Assembly: GCA_016188605.1 (NCBI GenBank)
Contig: JACPHP010000003.1
Location: 16,400-80,399, forward strand
Source of the DNA: Candidatus Spechtbacteria bacterium
GTDB taxonomy: Bacteria > Patescibacteriota > Minisyncoccia > Spechtbacterales > JACPHP01
DNA length: 64,000 nucleotides
Direction of reading: 5' to 3'
This document shows, in pieces, positions 49,050-57,666 of the stretch (the stretch's first letter is position 1; the number at the start of each line of letters is the position of its first letter). The notes beneath the pieces were generated by a model that worked only from the letters and a program-made list of their open reading frames with translations, was not told where the DNA came from and made no database searches. The position numbers and the translations under genes were made by a program.

Positions 49050-49196
49050 CTATTTTACGATTTGCTTCCACAGCCAGATAAGGGCAAGCACACCGACTAA
49101 AAGCCAAATTAGCAATCCCAGCCCCATAATCGACATCCAGAACCCTCCTCCTAAGCCAAAACTTTGCATCATATTCCAATCATAATAATTCATCAT
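49050..49196 (-). CDS. Small Met/Gly-rich single-TM protein (48 aa) downstream of the metal ATPase
   Basis: Hand translation: MMNYYDWNMMQSFGLGGGFWMSIMGLGLLIWLLVGVLALIWLWKQIVK; below the ORF-track cutoff. Confidence 0.65.
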   Translation of the reverse strand: MMNYYDWNMMQSFGLGGGFWMSIMGLGLLIWLLVGVLALIWLWKQIVK

Positions 49197-49260
49197 AATA
49201 GAATTGTGGTTAAACTTTAACGACCTTTTGATGATGGTATGCTACCGCAATAATGCGATA

Positions 49261-51474
49261 CTACAATGTATTCCTCCTCAACAACATCGCGTTGAACGCT
49301 ACAATCACAGTACTTAATGACATTAGCACCGCGGCAACCGCCGGCTGCAATACTATTCCCCAAGGCGCGAGAATACCCGCGGCAAGAGGAAGCGCTACTA
49401 CGTTATACCCCGCCGCCCAAAAAAGATTTTGCACCATCTTGCTATACGTCAGACGCGAAAGCGTGATAATTTTTGCAATGTCGCGCGGATCATTCTTTAC
49501 AAGAATTATGCCAGCAGATTCAATGGCTACATTTGTGCCAGCTCCAATCGCTACACCCAAATCAGCCTGTACTAAAGCTGGCGCGTCATTGATGCCATCG
49601 CCCACCATCGCCACTTTAACATTTTTAGCTTGCAGTATCTTTACTTTTGCTGCCTTATCTTGCGGCAGTACTCTCGCGAAATATTCATCAATGCCAAGGT
49701 CATGCGCCACCCAACTCGCTACATCCTCCGAATCTCCTGTGAGCATGCCGACCTTCACCCCCATTTGCCTTAGAGAAGCAATTGCTTCGCGCGACTCATC
49801 GCGAATAAGATCGGCAAGCGCGAACGCGCCTATAACATTATTGTCGCGAAGAATATAAATAATCGTTTTTCCCTTTTTACTTTCCCGTTCAATTTCTTTT
49901 TCCATACTTGATGGAACTGATGCCCCATCTAAAATCGCGGCGCCGCCGACTAAAATCTTACGACCATCAATAATACCGCTAACGCCCCTACCTGGAACGC
50001 GCGAAAAATCTTTAACCTCAAAGAAACTAAGATTATCTTGCTTGGCTTTATTTACTAATGCTCGAGAAATATAGTGCTCGGAATGAGCATCAACAGACGC
50101 GGCGAGCTGTAAAACATTTTTCTCATTTACTTGCTCGCCTGCCCCGAGTCCCTCGACATTGCTCGGGACAGGCTCTGTCGAAGTGGTCGAGGGGGTCGAA
50201 TCCGCCCAAATATTTGTAACTCCGTACTCGCCTTTTGTCAGTGTTCCTGTTTTATCAAATAAAACAATATTGATATTACGCGCCATCTCAAGCGCCAAAC
50301 GCTGGCGCACTAAAAATCCATTGCGCGCCGCCATTGTTGTAGAAATGGACGCAACTAGCGGAACCGCGAGCCCAAGCGCGTGCGGACAGGCAATCACCAG
50401 TACCGCTACCAACCGTTCAAAGGCCATGCTTACATCGCCAGCAAGAACAATCCATGCCAAAAACGCCACGCCTCCCGCGCCAATCGCGACAATTGTTAAA
50501 TAATACGCCGCCTTGTCGGAAAGAATCTGCAAGCGCGATTTTGACGCTTGCGCTTCCCGCACGAGACGCATCACGCCGGCAAAAAAAGTGTGTTCGCCAA
50601 CACTTGCCACGCTAAACTTTAGCGCGCCATCGCCGTTAATCGTTCCTGCTATAACTTGCGCGCCGACAATTTTAGACACGGGCATGGACTCACCTGTAAT
50701 CATTGATTCATCAACATGCGAGGAACCATCAATAACCCTTCCATCAGCCGGAATTCTTCCGCCCGGCCGCACCACTACAACATCGCTCTCACGAAGTTCG
50801 GACAAAGGAATTGTGGTTGTATTGCCACCACGCACAACCTCCGCCGTATCTGGCAAAAGTTTGGAAAGCTCTTTTAGCGCTCCCTGCGCGCCTTGCACCG
50901 CGCGCATTTCAATCCAGTGGCCAAGCAGCATGATAGTGATAAGTGTGGTCAGCTCCCAAAAAAGAGTATGGCTGCTGCCAATTAGCACTGAATATACGCT
51001 GTAAAAATACGCCGAGGAAATAGCAAGTGCAATCAAAGTCATCATGCCTGGCATGCGCGCGTGAATCTCCTGTACGGCACTGCGAATGAACACCCAGCCG
51101 CCATAGAAAAAAACTATGGAGCCAAAGATAAGTGGTAGAAATTCAACCCCGAAAAACATTGGCGGTTTTATCGGTGAAAATTGTTGAAAAACATCAGAGT
51201 ATAAAATGACGGGAATAGTAAGCGCGAGGCTAATCCAAAACTTTTTTAGAAAACTGTCTGTCTTGCCGTGCCCCGTAGCATGCCCTGCATTGCTAGCGGG
51301 GTGGCCAGCGTGACGGTCATGAACCTTCCCTTGAGGTTTAACCTCAAGGGATTTTCTTGCCCCGAGCTTGTCGAGGGGTTCTTCCACGGCAAAAAGCTGC
51401 ATGCCACATTCAGGGCACATACCGGCGTAATCCTGACGTATTTCAGGATGCATTGGACAAATATATACGGTCAC
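49261..51474 (-). CDS. Copper-translocating P1B-type ATPase (CPH type)
   Basis: YICPMHP N-terminus, TGES, ACPHALG, DKTGT and GDGINDAP. Confidence 0.95.
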   Translation of the reverse strand: MTVYICPMHPEIRQDYAGMCPECGMQLFAVEEPLDKLGARKSLEVKPQGKVHDRHAGHPASNAGHATGHGKTDSFLKKFWISLALTIPVILYSDVFQQFSPIKPPMFFGVEFLPLIFGSIVFFYGGWVFIRSAVQEIHARMPGMMTLIALAISSAYFYSVYSVLIGSSHTLFWELTTLITIMLLGHWIEMRAVQGAQGALKELSKLLPDTAEVVRGGNTTTIPLSELRESDVVVVRPGGRIPADGRVIDGSSHVDESMITGESMPVSKIVGAQVIAGTINGDGALKFSVASVGEHTFFAGVMRLVREAQASKSRLQILSDKAAYYLTIVAIGAGGVAFLAWIVLAGDVSMAFERLVAVLVIACPHALGLAVPLVASISTTMAARNGFLVRQRLALEMARNINIVLFDKTGTLTKGEYGVTNIWADSTPSTTSTEPVPSNVEGLGAGEQVNEKNVLQLAASVDAHSEHYISRALVNKAKQDNLSFFEVKDFSRVPGRGVSGIIDGRKILVGGAAILDGASVPSSMEKEIERESKKGKTIIYILRDNNVIGAFALADLIRDESREAIASLRQMGVKVGMLTGDSEDVASWVAHDLGIDEYFARVLPQDKAAKVKILQAKNVKVAMVGDGINDAPALVQADLGVAIGAGTNVAIESAGIILVKNDPRDIAKIITLSRLTYSKMVQNLFWAAGYNVVALPLAAGILAPWGIVLQPAVAAVLMSLSTVIVAFNAMLLRRNTL

Positions 51475-51520
51475 ATTATTTATATTAATTGATGGTGAAT
51501 ATTCTAGCCAAGCTATTCCC

Positions 51521-51709
51521 TTAGTTTGGCGCAGTACCTAAAATTTTTACAATATAAACATCGGCAGCGCCGACAACACGAATAGTATCACCATCATTGA
51601 TAAGAGACGCGGTCGCCGCGCGTGATGAAGGCGCAAACAATGCAAATCCCGCAATGGCTGAAAAAATAACAAAATTTTTATGATGTTTTTGAGATGCATT
51701 GATAAACAA
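51521..51709 (-). pseudogene. Truncated N-terminus of a secreted surface protein
   Basis: Signal peptide plus GDTIRVVGAADVYIVK, then an early stop. Confidence 0.4.
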
Positions 51710-51754
51710 GCTTATAGGATGGCCTTCAGTGCTAATTATTAATTACCCGGCGAT

Positions 51755-52126
51755 TCACTTGCCTATGAATCCCTTGCAAATATTACTGCCGCAATTACAC
51801 TTAAAGCCCATAGGCTGTCCATTGCTATAATCAGACGTGATCTCTTCCCCTTTTTTAATATCTTTGATGGCAATGTCGCTATAATTTTTTACGCGTGTAT
51901 TAGGCTCGCAAGAATGGTTCACGTATCTCTCCGGAGATTGCATGAAGAGATACTTTTTACCCATTTGATAAAGGTAATGCCTATCGTCAGAACGTAATGT
52001 ATCTCCTTCTGATTTCGTTAAAATTTTAGGATGCCATTCTAAAACAACTTCGCCCTTCTTAAAGTCTCTATCAGCAAATATGCCCTTTCCGCTTATTTTT
52101 GATTTCTTAATTACGACACCGCCCAT
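51755..52126 (-). CDS. SET-domain protein-lysine methyltransferase with post-SET motif
   Basis: SGKGIFA, RYVNHSCEPN, GEEITSDY and CNCGSNICKG. Confidence 0.93.
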   Translation of the reverse strand: MGGVVIKKSKISGKGIFADRDFKKGEVVLEWHPKILTKSEGDTLRSDDRHYLYQMGKKYLFMQSPERYVNHSCEPNTRVKNYSDIAIKDIKKGEEITSDYSNGQPMGFKCNCGSNICKGFIGK

Positions 52127-52153
52127 AATCACTTAAATTATTTACTGTTTATT

Positions 52154-52229
52154 TGGTGGACCCAAGGGGATTCGAACCCCTCACCCCTTCCATGCCATGG
52201 AAGTGCTCTACCAAATGAGCTATGGGCCC
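52154..52229 (-). tRNA. tRNA-Ala(GGC)
   Basis: cttcc-AT-GGC-AT-ggaag; G3:U70 pair; CCA. Confidence 0.95.
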
Positions 52230-52261
52230 ATATATTAATAACACGATGTACTTCACAATTG

Positions 52262-52333
52262 TGCCCCCATGGGGAATTGAACCTCAATTTAGGGCTTAGG
52301 AGTCCCTCGTTCTATCCGTTGAACTATGGGGGC
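52262..52333 (-). tRNA. tRNA-Arg(CCT)
   Basis: GCCCCCA/TGGGGGC acceptor, CT-CCT-AA loop; single mismatches in the anticodon and T stems. Confidence 0.85.
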
Positions 52334-52960
52334 TTAAACATTAGTGATCCTTTCTACTAATGCGTGCCTTAAGGAATTAAATAGCTTGAGAATATGATTA
52401 CCCTTTATAATTCTTACGCGACACATCCCGTATTTAAGCTTACCAGTTTTCTTGCCCTTAAGAACATCGACGGAGGTGATTTGTGATTTTGAAAGCCTTG
52501 TTACATTTGTCCAAAATTTTATCGCCTCTTCTTGGTTGATGTCCTCATAAATACGAAGTGACATACTTAGATTATTCCGCATAATCCCCAATTCATATAA
52601 ACATTCAATAAAAACTTTTAATAATTCAGGGTCACTATTAATCAAACTAGAATCCCTTTTTGCTCCTTCTGCCCAATATAGAGCTGCCGCAACTAGAATC
52701 TTCTCTTTTTGACTTATCTCACCTAAAATATTCTTGACATCATCATCTGCTTTTTGAATTGCCTTTAATTGTCTAAAAACACTAGATTTTCTTCTATTCT
52801 CCCAATATTCAAAAAACTCCGACTTAATACTGACTCCTTGAATATACTTGAAAACTGTACCATTTGAATGGCTAGTGATTCTTCTGATCTCCGGAAGACT
52901 ATGTCCACTCTCTCGCAAAGAAACAATTTTTGCAATTTGATCCTTGGATAGACCTTTCAT
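52334..52960 (-). CDS. HTH plus single-motif LAGLIDADG-like putative endonuclease
   Basis: N-terminal HTH (LRESGHSLPEI), ALYWAEGAK and INSDPELLKVF; stop abuts the tRNA-Arg 5' end. Confidence 0.65.
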   Translation of the reverse strand: MKGLSKDQIAKIVSLRESGHSLPEIRRITSHSNGTVFKYIQGVSIKSEFFEYWENRRKSSVFRQLKAIQKADDDVKNILGEISQKEKILVAAALYWAEGAKRDSSLINSDPELLKVFIECLYELGIMRNNLSMSLRIYEDINQEEAIKFWTNVTRLSKSQITSVDVLKGKKTGKLKYGMCRVRIIKGNHILKLFNSLRHALVERITNV

Positions 52961-52992
52961 TATTCAATTGTATCATGAATGCAGAACGATTC

Positions 52993-53030
52993 CTAGAATA
53001 GGATTGCTCTATCCGTTGAACTATGGAGGC
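52993..53030 (-). pseudogene. 5' half of a tRNA-Arg (TCT at the anticodon position)
   Basis: gcctccatagttcaacggatagagc-a-atcct-at-TCT-ag; first 25 nt differ from the downstream tRNA-Arg at 2 positions. Confidence 0.7.
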
Positions 53031-53160
53031 TATTTGCTCATATAAACACCGGCTGGTTGCGAGGACTATAATACAACAATCTTATGTAACTTACAATGAT
53101 CTTTACGGTAATTGCTCGCTGATAATGAGATATGTCACGCTATGTTGCATCAAAAACGAA

Positions 53161-54600
53161 TTATTCAACAAAACTATCCGCAAATACGAAACTGGTATCT
53201 GGCTGATAATACGCGAGAGTCATCAAATTTTTTCGCCAACCAATAATAATTGGATCAATGAATCTCCACATTGCCCTCACCTCTTCCGAAGACACAAAAA
53301 GAGTTTGATCGCCGGCAATGCCATCAAGCAGCAATTTTTTATATTCCTCAATGTATTGGGTTCTTTTCTCCGCGTCTCTAAAACGAAAGTCCAGCGTTCT
53401 TTCCTCCAACTCCATGTCAAAACCCTCCTTTTTTGACCCGAAATGAATTGTCACGCCCTCTATTGGCTCAATGCCTATAGTCAATTTATTTTTATAATGC
53501 TGCTCTTTCTTGGGGCAAAGGCAAGGATTTGGATGGCGCAATGTAATTTCAATATCCTTACGCTGATCTTGCAATCGCTTGCCGCTTTCCAAAATAAATG
53601 GCACGCCTTTCCATTTTGGATGAGATAAAAACGCGCGGATCTTAAAATACGTTTCTGTTTGAGAATCTGGCGCCACACCAGCAATGTCGCGATAACCCGC
53701 ATATTGCGCTCGAAAAGCAGAAGTACGGACATCTTCTTCGGTTGGCAGTACTAATGTTTTTAAAATATCTGCGCGATTTTTTCTGATAGCGTCTACACTA
53801 AATTCCCTGGGATGCTCCATGGTTACCAATGCCAACATCTGTAAAAGATGGTTCTGACCCACATCTTGAAGCGCCCCCACGCTGTCATAAAAATTCCCCC
53901 TATCCTCCACGCCGATTTTTTCCATCAAACGAATATGAACCCTTTCGATATTTTGACGCCCCCAGTTTGTTTCAAACAGATTATTTGAAAAACGGAATGC
54001 CAGAATGTTCTGCAACATTTCTTTGGCAAGATAATGATCAGTGCGATAAATTTGAACTTCTTTGAAAAGAGAACTCAAAAGTTCTTCCAATTGTTCTGAT
54101 GTTTCCAGATTTTTGCCGAACGGTTTTTCCACCAGAATGCGCGTCCATCCTTCCTCCGGACTGCATGGTTTTGTCAATTCCGAAGCCGCGAGATTTTTGA
54201 ATATGGCCTCATAGAGATTGGGTGGGACTGCCAGATAGAACAGCTTATTTGCGCAGATCCCCCAATCATCGTCTATTTTACGCAAATGGTTCTCTAGGTC
54301 TTCAAAATCGGCTAGATTCTCAAAAACACCCGAATGATAAGAAAAGAGTTTGCAGAATGCCTTGCGTGTTTTTATATTGGCATCTTTGTATTGAGCAGAT
54401 GTTTCAAAAAGATATTTCTCAAAATCTTTTGGAGAAATATCTTGGCGCGAGAATCCGACTATTTTAAACGTGGTCGGGAGTTGGTTGTTTATAAACAAGC
54501 TGAAGAGAGCAGGCATAATCTTCTTTTTCACAAGGTCGCCTGTGATGCCGAAAATGACAATTATTGTTGGAATATTCTTTGTTTGCATTTTGTCTTCCAT
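53161..54600 (-). CDS. zwf: Glucose-6-phosphate 1-dehydrogenase
   Basis: GITGDL, EKPFG, YRTDHYLAKE and DVGQNHLLQ. Confidence 0.97.
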   Translation of the reverse strand: MEDKMQTKNIPTIIVIFGITGDLVKKKIMPALFSLFINNQLPTTFKIVGFSRQDISPKDFEKYLFETSAQYKDANIKTRKAFCKLFSYHSGVFENLADFEDLENHLRKIDDDWGICANKLFYLAVPPNLYEAIFKNLAASELTKPCSPEEGWTRILVEKPFGKNLETSEQLEELLSSLFKEVQIYRTDHYLAKEMLQNILAFRFSNNLFETNWGRQNIERVHIRLMEKIGVEDRGNFYDSVGALQDVGQNHLLQMLALVTMEHPREFSVDAIRKNRADILKTLVLPTEEDVRTSAFRAQYAGYRDIAGVAPDSQTETYFKIRAFLSHPKWKGVPFILESGKRLQDQRKDIEITLRHPNPCLCPKKEQHYKNKLTIGIEPIEGVTIHFGSKKEGFDMELEERTLDFRFRDAEKRTQYIEEYKKLLLDGIAGDQTLFVSSEEVRAMWRFIDPIIIGWRKNLMTLAYYQPDTSFVFADSFVE

Positions 54601-54699
54601 AAATAATAATGATCAAGTGTGTTGAAGCCAGGCTTCGACACACTTGAGATGCGATAACCCATTTTGTCCAACTTAATTATACTATGATATAATGAGTAT

Positions 54700-55734
54700 A
54701 TGGAAAATTCACCAATCATTCAAATTGCGAAAAAAGTTTGCCCGGCAGTCATTAGTATCGTCATCTCAAAGGACGTGCCGCAAATTGAAGGCTTTTACAC
54801 AATGCCTTTTCGGGGCAGGCGGTACATAGTGCCGAAATTAAGCAAGGGGAGAAAGGAAAATGTAAAAATCGGCGGTGGATCAGGATTCTTTGTATCCGAA
54901 AATGGACTTATTCTCACTAACAGCCATGTTGTGGCAGATCCTGAAGCAAACTATACTGCAATCCTAGACCATCAAAAAGACGAAAAAATGCAGGTAAAGA
55001 TATTGGCGCGCGACCCAATACACGATATTGCAATCGCCAAAGTTGATAAAAAAGACGTGCCCTTTATTGAGCTTGGCAGTTCTTCTAATCTTCAGCTCGG
55101 CCAAATGGTTGTAGCTGTGGGATACGCGCTTGGCGAGTTCACAAATACCGTCAGCTCCGGCATTGTATCGGGATTAAGCCGTTTCATTACCGCCGACAGC
55201 GGCATGCATCGCCATGCCGAACGATTGCGCGGGTTAATTCAGACAGACGCGGCAATTAATCCAGGTAATTCCGGCGGACCACTTGTTGATATCGACGGCA
55301 AGGTTATTGGTATCAACACCGCCGTGGTATTCGGCGCGCAAAACATCGGCTTTGCTATTCCAATTGATAGCGCCAAAAAAGATATTGAAGAAGTTAAGCA
55401 ATATGGCCGCATCCGCATGCCCTTCTTTGGCGTGCGCTACATAATTCTCGACGAACAAATCCAGAAGCAAAACAAATTACCGGTTAGCTACGGCGCGCTC
55501 ATTGTCCGAGAAACGCTTGGTGAAGAAGCGGTAATAAAAAACTCAAGCGCGGATAAAGCCGGTTTAAAAGAATTTGATATCATACTTGAAATAAACGACA
55601 AAAAAATCACAATTGACTATAGCGTGCAAGACGCGCTTCAGGAGCATGAGATAGGCGAGGAATTAGCATTCAAAGTTTTACGACAAGGGAAAGAAAAGAT
55701 GCTGAAGGCGAGGTTGGAAGAGAAAAGAAAATAG
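54700..55734 (+). CDS. htrA: HtrA/DegP-like trypsin serine protease with PDZ domain
   Basis: GSGF, LTNSHVV, QTDAAINPGNSGGPL. Confidence 0.93.
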   Translation: MENSPIIQIAKKVCPAVISIVISKDVPQIEGFYTMPFRGRRYIVPKLSKGRKENVKIGGGSGFFVSENGLILTNSHVVADPEANYTAILDHQKDEKMQVKILARDPIHDIAIAKVDKKDVPFIELGSSSNLQLGQMVVAVGYALGEFTNTVSSGIVSGLSRFITADSGMHRHAERLRGLIQTDAAINPGNSGGPLVDIDGKVIGINTAVVFGAQNIGFAIPIDSAKKDIEEVKQYGRIRMPFFGVRYIILDEQIQKQNKLPVSYGALIVRETLGEEAVIKNSSADKAGLKEFDIILEINDKKITIDYSVQDALQEHEIGEELAFKVLRQGKEKMLKARLEEKRK

Positions 55735-55811
55735 AATTACTAATTGACCTAATTACTAATTTCTAATCAAATCCCAATGACGAATAAAGTCTTAAGCTTA
55801 AGACTTTTGTT

Positions 55812-55875
55812 TGTCATCTCGAACGAGCAACAGCTCGGAGAGATCTCTCGTCATTGCTATGACTTCGAGATGACA
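55812..55875. repeat. Empty TGTCATCTCGA...TCGAGATGACA element
   Basis: Terminal inverted repeats with a central GAGATCTC. Confidence 0.8.
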
Positions 55876-55890
55876 GTGATAAGGAAGCTT

Positions 55891-56298
55891 TGTCATCTCG
55901 AACGCCCCGCAGTGGTGGGGCGGAGAGATCCCTGCATTCAATATGGTAAAGTCCTACTATGTTTACATTATCAGCAACAAAAATCATACGGTTTTCTATA
56001 CAGGAGTTACGAATAATCTCATTAGAAGAATATACGAACATAAAGAGAAACTAATTGATGGCTTTACTAAAAAATACAATATAGGCAAATTGCTATTTTT
56101 TGAGGAGTACAATGACGTAGAAGTAGCAATAAGTAGAGAAAAACAAATCAAAGATTACAGGAGAGAGAAAAAGTTAGCTCTAATAAAAGAACAAAATCTC
56201 AATTGGCGGGATTTATGGGAAGATATTAATAAATGATCTTTAGTGTATAGGAGTCCATGTAAGAGATCTCTCGTCGCTACGGCGACTTCGAGATGACA
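55891..56298 (+). mobile_element. Putative autonomous element: REP-like left arm, GIY-YIG gene, right arm
   Basis: Left arm 55891-55932 and right arm 56263-56298 enclose the ORF. Confidence 0.6.
55943..56236 (+). CDS. Small GIY-YIG nuclease family protein
   Basis: YYVYII...YTGVTNNLIRRIYEHK...FTKKY...AISREKQIK. Confidence 0.93.
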   Translation: MVKSYYVYIISNKNHTVFYTGVTNNLIRRIYEHKEKLIDGFTKKYNIGKLLFFEEYNDVEVAISREKQIKDYRREKKLALIKEQNLNWRDLWEDINK

Positions 56299-56409
56299 TG
56301 CTAGTATATTGAGGGTAATTTTGGTCATTAGTATTTTAGGCCTTGATTGTTCATTTGGCACTGTGATTTGATTAGAAATTAGGTCAATTAGGAATTAGAA
56401 ATTTACTAG

Positions 56410-57531
56410 TTATCCGTGCCGTATCACCATCACATCTCCGTCCTGCACCACGTAATCTTTTCCCTCAAGCCTTAATTTACCTTGCATGCGCGCTTCACTC
56501 CAACCCCCTATTTCCAATAGCTCTTGCCAGCCAATAACCTCCGCGCGAATAAAATTTTTATCAAAATCAGTGTGAATAACTCCTGCCGCTTGCGGGGCCT
56601 TTGTGCCCCGTTTTATCGTCCAAGCACGGGACTCATCTTCACCAGTAGTAAGAAAGGTTATCAAGTTAAGCACCTCGTATGCTTTAACTATTAGCTCGCC
56701 GAGATGCGCCTCACCGAGACCGAGTTCCTTACGCTCACTAGCCGTAAATCCCGCGCCCTCAAGTTCTTCTCGCGCGTTTAGCGCCACGTACGGGAATCCT
56801 GTATTCGCAATATATTGTTTTACATTCTCGAGAATTATAATCTGCGCGTCTTTAATGTTTAACACAAACATTCCAGGCTTTGCAGTCAGCAATTGATACG
56901 ATTTGAGTAATTCGCTTTTTGCCGTAAAATCCGCGCTGTCCTCGTGCCCTTTCAAAATCGTCAACGCGCCTTTGCCGTCGCCAAGAGCCGAGGCAAGCTC
57001 CTCCAACAACGCTACTTCAATCTGAATTTCTTTTGATCCGCTTTTTGCATCTTTGCGCGCCCCGTTAGAGGCATTGCCTCTAACGGGGCGCGCTCGCTCT
57101 AATCTTTTCTCTACCGTTTCTAAATCTTTCAAAATGAGTTCTGTTTGCACAATATCCACATCGCGCAATGGGTCAATTGTTTCTTCCACATGATGAATTT
57201 CCGAATCCTCAAACAAGCGCACCATGTATAAGATTGCATCAACGTCGCGGATGCGCGATAGAAACTGATTGCCGAGGCCCTCGCCTTTATTTGCCCCGCG
57301 CACCAAGCCCGCAATGTCCACAAACTCAACCACGGCCGGCACAATCTTTTTGGAATGCGACAAATCAGACAGCTTTTGCAAGCGCTCATCGGGCACCTCA
57401 ACCACACCAACGTTGGGGTCGATGGTGCAAAATGGATAATTAGCAATATCCACTTCTTTTTTTGTCAGCGCCTTAAAAAGTGTTGATTTTCCGACGTTGG
57501 GCAAGCCAACGATGCCGATAGATAAGGACAT
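56410..57531 (-). CDS. ychF: Redox-regulated ATPase YchF
   Basis: GLPNVGKST, ANYPFCTIDPN, DIAGL and EGKDYVVQDGD. Confidence 0.97.
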   Translation of the reverse strand: MSLSIGIVGLPNVGKSTLFKALTKKEVDIANYPFCTIDPNVGVVEVPDERLQKLSDLSHSKKIVPAVVEFVDIAGLVRGANKGEGLGNQFLSRIRDVDAILYMVRLFEDSEIHHVEETIDPLRDVDIVQTELILKDLETVEKRLERARPVRGNASNGARKDAKSGSKEIQIEVALLEELASALGDGKGALTILKGHEDSADFTAKSELLKSYQLLTAKPGMFVLNIKDAQIIILENVKQYIANTGFPYVALNAREELEGAGFTASERKELGLGEAHLGELIVKAYEVLNLITFLTTGEDESRAWTIKRGTKAPQAAGVIHTDFDKNFIRAEVIGWQELLEIGGWSEARMQGKLRLEGKDYVVQDGDVMVIRHG

Positions 57532-57666
57532 ACCTAACTACAATACACTGAATAATGAATCATGAATAGTGAATAATGCACTCAAAAACGCCTGCCATTT
57601 CTCGCTATACTCGAAGTGACAGGCGTTGGTATTCACGATTCACAATTCTATATTCGCTATTCCCAG

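Noticed and set aside
47956-52150. Prophage or integrative island between tRNA-Ser and tRNA-Ala
   Set aside because: No integrase or phage genes, and the att-like duplicate is only ~130 bp from the tRNA.
19306-57662. CRISPR array suggested by recurring short repeats
   Set aside because: No constant repeat with unique equal-length spacers, and no cas genes.
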